Made by a program: the position numbers and the translations under genes. DNA of 64,000 nt from Cytophagales bacterium (GTDB lineage: Bacteria > Bacteroidota > Bacteroidia > Cytophagales > Cyclobacteriaceae), in the NCBI GenBank assembly GCA_033344775.1, contig JAWPMT010000002.1:898685-962684 (forward strand), read 5' to 3'. The stretch's first letter is position 1, and every line of letters begins with the position of its first letter. Positions 12,001 through 17,680 of this stretch are shown in pieces. The notes beneath the pieces were generated by a model. The model made no database searches. It was given only the letters and a program-made list of their open reading frames with translations, and had not been told where the DNA came from.

Positions 12001-12141
12001 TCGTCTTACTATTCGAATCCAGTGACCGGGCATATTATTGAAGCTACACATTTTTCTATCCTGAAAGAACCCGCATTAACAACACTTGAACCGATCATTA
12101 ATGAAGCCGTGCTTGATGGAGCACTTAAACTAGAATCTTAA
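1..12141 (+). CDS. Non-ribosomal peptide synthetase, 5'-truncated by the window edge; visible architecture (A)-T-E-C-A-T-C-A-T-C-A-T-TE (terminal synthetase)
   Basis: Frame +1 is open from nt 1. Nt 1-162 translate to [25 protein letters not shown]..., an A-domain core, so the track Met at 163 is internal. Carrier-protein Ser codons: GGDS 457-459, GGHS 4960-4962 and 8050-8052, GGNS 11140-11142. E-type [12 protein letters not shown] starts at 991, with FNYLGQFD downstream. C-domain His motifs: HHILMDGWC from 2398, MHHIISDG from 5500, MHHVISDG from 8590. A-domain TSGSTGxPKG cores at 3811, 6898 and 9991. TE GWSFG has its Ser at 11539-11541. Stop codon at 12139-12141. Confidence 0.95.
   Translation: [4046 protein letters not shown]
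355..1900 (+). other. NRPS carrier (T) plus epimerisation (E) domains of the module whose A domain starts upstream; boundaries approximate
   Basis: [13 protein letters not shown] carrier motif. [18 protein letters not shown] and [10 protein letters not shown] are E-domain signatures rather than C-domain ones. Confidence 0.8.
1981..5080 (+). other. NRPS module C(DCL-type)-A-T; boundaries approximate
   Basis: [11 protein letters not shown] and HHILMDGWC directly after an E domain indicate a D-donor condensation type. A-domain cores: [61 protein letters not shown]. Carrier motif [12 protein letters not shown]. Confidence 0.8.
5100..8170 (+). other. NRPS module C(LCL-type)-A-T; boundaries approximate
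   Basis: [15 protein letters not shown] and [14 protein letters not shown] (C domain). [39 protein letters not shown] (A domain). [12 protein letters not shown] (T domain). Confidence 0.8.
8195..11255 (+). other. NRPS module C(LCL-type)-A-T; boundaries approximate
   Basis: [15 protein letters not shown] and [12 protein letters not shown] (C domain). [39 protein letters not shown] (A domain, same pocket-window strings as the first full module). [12 protein letters not shown] (T domain). Confidence 0.8.
11323..12138 (+). other. NRPS type-I thioesterase (release) domain
   Basis: [10 protein letters not shown], the GWSFGG nucleophile elbow, and a C-terminal ..[11 protein letters not shown] His region. 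It is the last domain before the stop. Confidence 0.8.
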
Positions 12142-12200
12142 CTACTGAACCGATTTGGAATTACCGTTCCTGATGGAATGGTCAAAATGAACTGACTAAT

Positions 12201-13892
12201 ATGAATGACAAAATAATTTGTGGCCTGAAATTAACTCATGATGGAGGAATTGCGGTCATCAAAGGGAATCAACTGATTTTTAGCATAGAAATGGAAAAAC
12301 TGAATAACAATCCAAGGTTCAGTTCCATTCCTGATCTATCGATCGTGAAACACATTCTGGCGGAATATGACCTGGAAATTGAAGATGTTGACCACTTTGT
12401 CATCGATGGCTGGTCAGGACTGGAAGACTCGTTTATCGAGGCTCGATCGAATGGAAACCCAGTCAAATTGGCTGTTGCAGGATACCGGGAAAAGGCCCTG
12501 TCGGCCAACGTTTTTCAACCTTTTGATCATGACTCACTTCCCATAGATAACCACGTGCTGGCATATTCCAGCTATATGCATGTGACAGGGCATATTGCCG
12601 GAGCCTATTGCAGCAGCCCTTTTGCCAGAGCAAATCAAAGCAGTTACATCCTGGTATGGGATGGTGGGATGTTCCCAAGACTCTATTACTTTGATGCACA
12701 GAAAATTGCCTTTCAAAACCTGGGGCCAATTAATTTTCTGATTGGTAACTTCTACCAGGTATTCGCCAGTTATTTCCATCCATTTAGCGTCGCAAATCCG
12801 CAACAAAAGGAAGACCTATCAATCGCAGGCAAAGTGATGGCCTATATCGCAAAGGGTGAAGTGGTGCCTGATTTGTTGGATGAATATAATTCAGTGCTCA
12901 AAGAGCATTTGGATCTGTCTTTGGACTTTGTTCACACTTTTGTAAAACATCTGCACAATAGACGCATCAAAGAAAAATATAGAGAGGAGGACATGCTGGC
13001 AACGATGCATCAGTTTCTTCAGGATCAATTGCTTGAAGGGCTCAAGAACAAGTTGAGCAAATACCCGGCGAACGAAAGAAACCTTTGTTATGCCGGTGGA
13101 TGTGCATTGAACATCAAATGGAACAGCGCGCTTCGAAATAGTGGATTGTTAAAAGAATTATGGATTCCACCTTTTCCAAACGATTCTGGCAGTGCTATTG
13201 GAGTAGCATGTGCGAAGATGATCACAGTATCCCCAGACCGATGGTTAGATTGGCGTGTGTTCTGTGGCCCCAAGGTGCAGGATAGCCTGGAAATGGATCA
13301 GGAATGGTCATCAATGGATTGTCCAATTGAAACCCTTGCGGGTATGATCGCCGAAAATGAAGACCTTCCGGTCGTGGTGCTTCAAGGTAATGCCGAAGTG
13401 GGGCCGCGTTCGTTAGGAGGGAGGAGTATCATTGCTTCCGCACGGAGTACCTCCATGAAAGATATCCTCAATCGTGTTAAAGATCGTGAGCCCTATAGAC
13501 CTGTGGCACCAATATGCCTTGAGGAAGATGCTCCTGAAGTATTTAATCCTGGCAGCCCTGATCCATACATGTTATTCGATCACATGGTGAAAGAAAGTTG
13601 GTTGCAAAAAATTCCGGCTGTATGTCATTTGGATGGTTCCGCAAGGTTACAAACTGTAAATAAGGCAGAAAATCCTGTTATTTATCGTTTGTTAGCTGAG
13701 TATAAAAGACATACCGGAATTCCGGTTTTGTGTAACACCAGCGCCAACTTTAAAGGCAAAGGGTTTTTCCCCGATGTTAAAAGTGTGATGGAGTGGGGTG
13801 AAGTAGATTTAATATGGAGCGATGACAAATTGCACTACCATAAGCACGCAAAATCCCTCGTCAAACAATACGATACCTTAACCGCTACTTAA
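12201..13892 (+). CDS. Carbamoyltransferase, NodU/CmcH/TobZ family
   Basis: N-terminal ICGLKLTHDGGIAVIKGNQLIFSIEMEKL (ASKHA-like start of the family). Central YAGGCALNIKWN. C-terminal GPRSLGGRSIIASARSTSMKDILNRVKDREPYRPVAPI matches the Carbam_trans_C signature as I remember it. It starts 59 nt after the NRPS stop on the same strand. Confidence 0.85.
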   Translation: MNDKIICGLKLTHDGGIAVIKGNQLIFSIEMEKLNNNPRFSSIPDLSIVKHILAEYDLEIEDVDHFVIDGWSGLEDSFIEARSNGNPVKLAVAGYREKALSANVFQPFDHDSLPIDNHVLAYSSYMHVTGHIAGAYCSSPFARANQSSYILVWDGGMFPRLYYFDAQKIAFQNLGPINFLIGNFYQVFASYFHPFSVANPQQKEDLSIAGKVMAYIAKGEVVPDLLDEYNSVLKEHLDLSLDFVHTFVKHLHNRRIKEKYREEDMLATMHQFLQDQLLEGLKNKLSKYPANERNLCYAGGCALNIKWNSALRNSGLLKELWIPPFPNDSGSAIGVACAKMITVSPDRWLDWRVFCGPKVQDSLEMDQEWSSMDCPIETLAGMIAENEDLPVVVLQGNAEVGPRSLGGRSIIASARSTSMKDILNRVKDREPYRPVAPICLEEDAPEVFNPGSPDPYMLFDHMVKESWLQKIPAVCHLDGSARLQTVNKAENPVIYRLLAEYKRHTGIPVLCNTSANFKGKGFFPDVKSVMEWGEVDLIWSDDKLHYHKHAKSLVKQYDTLTAT

Positions 13893-13905
13893 GCAATGTC
13901 ATGGA

Positions 13906-13940
13906 ATAGTTCGGGCTATGCCCGAACTATGTTGATTTTT
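13906..13940. terminator. Bidirectional intrinsic terminator between convergent genes
   Basis: An 11-bp perfect stem, ATAGTTCGGGC (13906-13916) / GCCCGAACTAT (13920-13930), with a 3-nt loop, followed by GTTGATTTTT. It lies between the + stop at 13892 and the - stop at 13958. Confidence 0.8.
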
Positions 13941-13957
13941 CACATTTACCTGGTTTA

Positions 13958-16396
13958 CTATTCAGCTTTAATGGAGTCTACCGGATTGATCATGGCTGTT
14001 TTCACAATCTGACGTCCTACAGTCAAACAGGAAATGATGAACAAGGTCAGTATTGGTACCAAAAAGGCCAGGATTCCCAGTTGCATCCTGAATGCGAAAT
14101 TAGAAAGCCAATCCTGGGCCACATAAATAACAATTGGGATTGAGATTACATTGGCCACAATTAGTGTAATCACATATTCTTTTGACAATATGAGAATCAG
14201 GTGATTAACATCCGCCCCGAGAACTTTTCGAATACTCATTTCTTTCACTCGCTGAGCGGCAGAAAAGGTGACGAATGCAAACAGGCCTAAACATGCAATA
14301 AAAATCGCGAGTATGGAGAAGATCAGGAAGATCTGGCCAAACTGTACATAAGACTTGTATTGCTCGTTGAATTCGTCATCCAAAAAGTAGTAATTGAATG
14401 GATTCCCCCGAAAGATATCATTGTAAGAATTTTGTATGTGGACAATGGTTTCGGAGATATTACTGGGACTCATTTTAAAGGAGAAATAGCGCTTAGCCTG
14501 ATTACTAACCACAAATAAGATGGGCATGTGATCTTCTCTCAATGACTGCCAATGAAAATCTTTTAAGACACCAGACACATACACCGTATCCTTTCTGATC
14601 AAGATCCGTTTATTGAGTGCTTCTTCTCCCTGGCCAAGACCATATACTTCAGCTGCCTTTTCATTGATAATCACATGAGGACGACTGCCAGTAAGATCAC
14701 TTTCCTTAAATGGTTCACCGGCAAGGAAGTCAAATTCATAGGTCGTAAAGAAACTCGGATCAACATACGAAATGCCGCCAGGTTTATTCAGACTTGGCTC
14801 ATCACCTAATTTTCTCATGCCAACAACTGCATTGTGACCTTTCCCGGGGATTGTGCCGGAACTGGTGGACGAAGCAATTGATGCCAATCTGGAGGATTCT
14901 GTTTTGAAGGCCACAAGGTCTGATGGCAATTGTTCTTCGTTGGAAACGATCTCTGGTCCTTTAACAATCAATACCTGTTCCATATCTACACCCAAATCCT
15001 GAGTTTTCATGAATGTAATCTGATTGTAGATGATGAATGTGCCTGAGATGAGTAGGGTAGAAATGAGGAATTGGAATGCCAGTGAGGCTTTTCTGATATT
15101 GAACCCCGATCCTGAATTGGACAGCTTAAATCGTTGAATATTGATCGCCTTGAAAGAGGAAATGACTACTGCAGGGTAAATGCCAGAAGCAAAAGAGCTA
15201 ACGATGATAAAAAGTATGAAGGTTAGCCAGAATGATGCTTGTTGTACCAGCAAAAAGGCAAACTTGGTTCCAAGAATCTGATTGAGATAAGCAAGTAATG
15301 CTGCGGTAATGAACAAAGCAATCACAGCGGAAATGACATTGATCAGAAACGATTCGATAATAAACTGCTTCCGCAATTGGCCTTTCGTAGAACCCAGCGC
15401 CTTTCGAACACCCACATCTTTTGCCCGCTTGGTAGAGCTGGCAATGGAAAGATTAATGAAGTTGAGCCATGCCACAATCAATATGATGATAGCAATGAGA
15501 ACAAGGGCACGTATTTCCTGGATATTAGCTGTACTGGTTGCTTGATCTTCTAAATGTTCGGAATAGAGATAGATATCTGGCAGGGGTTGTAGTGCAAACT
15601 CCCAGGTGATGTTATAGTGTTCCAGCGTTTTTCCGAAATTCTCGTAAACCATTGCGGCAATCTGCTCCTCAACATCGGCTGTTTTACTTCCATCTCTTAA
15701 TTTGAAATAGGTGAAAAAATTGGTTCTTCCCCATCTGCCTCGACCATTTTGATAGCTCTCACTTTCTAAGAGAGATTGCATTGGCATTAAAAAGTCGAAC
15801 TCTAAATGACTGTTTCCAGGAATCGTCTTCAGAACACCTGTTACCTTAAAACTGGCAGTAACCCATCCATCGACCTTAAGGGTTTTTCCTATAGGGTTCA
15901 CTTTTGATCCAAAATATTTGTCTGCCATCTCTTCCGTAAGAACGATACTATATTTATCGTCCAGCGCAGTTGATCGATTGCCTTGCTTTAATTCAAAGTC
16001 GAACATCTCTAAAAAAGTACTATCCGCGAAGAGCATGTCTTCCTCCATGAAGGGATTATTCTTTTCGGGATTATTCACCACTGCTCCGAAATACTGTGGG
16101 TGGATCCTGGTGTAACTTTCAATATCAGGTATATCAAGAAGTGCTTGAGGAGCTATAGCATAAGAGGTTTTGGCTTGTTGTCTGTTAACCTCCCCATTTT
16201 CCAGTGCTCTTAGGGTCAGTCGATAGGTATCCTGAGCATTGGTGTGAAAACCATCGTAACTTGACTCAAATTGGACATATTGTAAAATGGCTAAACATAC
16301 CCCCATGCCAATGGACAACCCAAGGATATTGATCAGTGAATAAGACTTATTCCTGATGAGGTTTCTTAATGAAATTCGGAGGTTCGTTTTAAACAT
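13958..16396 (-). CDS. ABC-transporter permease, FtsX/MacB-like with duplicated FtsX domains
   Basis: 812 aa. The N-terminus LRISLRNLIRNKSYSLINILGLSIGMG is typical of Bacteroidota FtsX-family permeases. Two 4-TM blocks are separated by large extracytoplasmic regions. No partner ATPase gene is adjacent. Confidence 0.8.
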   Translation of the reverse strand: MFKTNLRISLRNLIRNKSYSLINILGLSIGMGVCLAILQYVQFESSYDGFHTNAQDTYRLTLRALENGEVNRQQAKTSYAIAPQALLDIPDIESYTRIHPQYFGAVVNNPEKNNPFMEEDMLFADSTFLEMFDFELKQGNRSTALDDKYSIVLTEEMADKYFGSKVNPIGKTLKVDGWVTASFKVTGVLKTIPGNSHLEFDFLMPMQSLLESESYQNGRGRWGRTNFFTYFKLRDGSKTADVEEQIAAMVYENFGKTLEHYNITWEFALQPLPDIYLYSEHLEDQATSTANIQEIRALVLIAIIILIVAWLNFINLSIASSTKRAKDVGVRKALGSTKGQLRKQFIIESFLINVISAVIALFITAALLAYLNQILGTKFAFLLVQQASFWLTFILFIIVSSFASGIYPAVVISSFKAINIQRFKLSNSGSGFNIRKASLAFQFLISTLLISGTFIIYNQITFMKTQDLGVDMEQVLIVKGPEIVSNEEQLPSDLVAFKTESSRLASIASSTSSGTIPGKGHNAVVGMRKLGDEPSLNKPGGISYVDPSFFTTYEFDFLAGEPFKESDLTGSRPHVIINEKAAEVYGLGQGEEALNKRILIRKDTVYVSGVLKDFHWQSLREDHMPILFVVSNQAKRYFSFKMSPSNISETIVHIQNSYNDIFRGNPFNYYFLDDEFNEQYKSYVQFGQIFLIFSILAIFIACLGLFAFVTFSAAQRVKEMSIRKVLGADVNHLILILSKEYVITLIVANVISIPIVIYVAQDWLSNFAFRMQLGILAFLVPILTLFIISCLTVGRQIVKTAMINPVDSIKAE

Positions 16397-16845
16397 AATA
16401 GAGGGTTGATTTATTGTTTGTTTCGAAGTTATTCAAAATATAAAAAGAATATGGATGAACAATTACTGTTAATTCTTATGAGATGACGAATCTGGTTTCC
16501 CGATCAATAATGAGTGAGATAGGTGTAAATGCCTGCTTACGTCAATTACAAAAAAAGAATACACTAATTTTTTTAGTGAAAATTTTGGGTGAATTTATCA
16601 TTTTTTTGTCAGTATTTGAAGGAAGAAAATATAGAAAAAAAGTGCTTAAAATAACTTTAATGGCGCATATAGCAAGGTTATACCTCTTTTTTCCATATGT
16701 TAAAACATACATATATCATGTAGGTAAGAAAAAAAAGATCAGACAATGTTTACCATCAAATTGAGAGGAAAATGTTTGCCATTTATTTAGCAATATTTTG
16801 ATCGGTTTGCCTAGATTACAGCTGCTAAAAACAAGTCACATTACA

Positions 16846-17589
16846 ATGAGTGTATTTATCGAACAACAGTATGAGTCTTACTCAGAAGATGACCACAAAA
16901 CATGGAAGGAATTATATGAAATTCAAAATCAGGAACTGATCTCATATTCTTCAGAAGGATACCAGTTGGGCTACCGAAAAATAGCACTTCCGGAGGGTAG
17001 GGTGGTTAATTTGGACAAGCTTAATGAAAAGCTAGGTTCTTTTTGCGGATGGCAGGCGGTAGGTGTTCGCGGCCTGGTACCAACCAAAGAATTTTTCTTT
17101 ATGTTGATGAAGAAGAATTTTCCTGTTTCAGTTCAAATCAGAAAGCCTCAAGAATTGGGTTTTAGCAAGTTACCCGACATCTTTCATGATGTGTGTGGCC
17201 ATGTGCCGATGTTATTGAATGATACATTTTCGGAATTTGTTAAGAAGTTTAGTGAGTTGGGACTGAAACACTTCGAAAATGAAAAGGCCGTTCTTTATTT
17301 ATCCCGGCTCTATTGGTATACTTTGGAAATGGGTCTGATTTATGAAGAAGGAGAGGTCAAACCATACGGAGGAGCGATCCTCACATCAAGAAAGGAAATT
17401 AAGAACATCTATAGCAATACCAGTAGCAAGCATGATTTTGATGTGTATGAGCTTATCAATACCCCATATGATAATCTGAAATTGCAAACTGATTACTTTG
17501 TGATTGATAGTTACGATCAATTGTTTACCGGTTTGGAGCAATTAGAAGTGATTATCGAAGAGGAGTTTAATCTGGAAGAAACGCACTAA
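16846..17589 (+). CDS. phhA: Pterin-dependent aromatic amino-acid hydroxylase (phenylalanine hydroxylase family)
   Basis: PDIFHDVCGHVPML (2-His iron ligands), LSRLYWYTLEMGLI (Glu ligand region) and YGGAILTSRKE. The track start at 16798 is a TTG; the in-frame ATG at 16846 (MSVFIEQQ...) is the more likely start. Confidence 0.8.
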   Translation: MSVFIEQQYESYSEDDHKTWKELYEIQNQELISYSSEGYQLGYRKIALPEGRVVNLDKLNEKLGSFCGWQAVGVRGLVPTKEFFFMLMKKNFPVSVQIRKPQELGFSKLPDIFHDVCGHVPMLLNDTFSEFVKKFSELGLKHFENEKAVLYLSRLYWYTLEMGLIYEEGEVKPYGGAILTSRKEIKNIYSNTSSKHDFDVYELINTPYDNLKLQTDYFVIDSYDQLFTGLEQLEVIIEEEFNLEETH

Positions 17590-17680
17590 AAATTTAGAAG
17601 CGATTATACTTTGGGCTGAGTCCCAAATGCATTTCCTTCAAAAATATAGGTCCAGGTTTTTAGTCTTTGAATATTAACAC

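Noticed and set aside
16483-16764. 93-aa ORF in the divergent region upstream of the hydroxylase gene
   Set aside because: It lies in a very AT-rich stretch, has Lys/Ile/Phe-rich low-complexity translation, and sits where promoters for the divergent genes are expected. A near-match to the Bacteroidota -7 box (TATTTTG at about 16794) is too weak to call.
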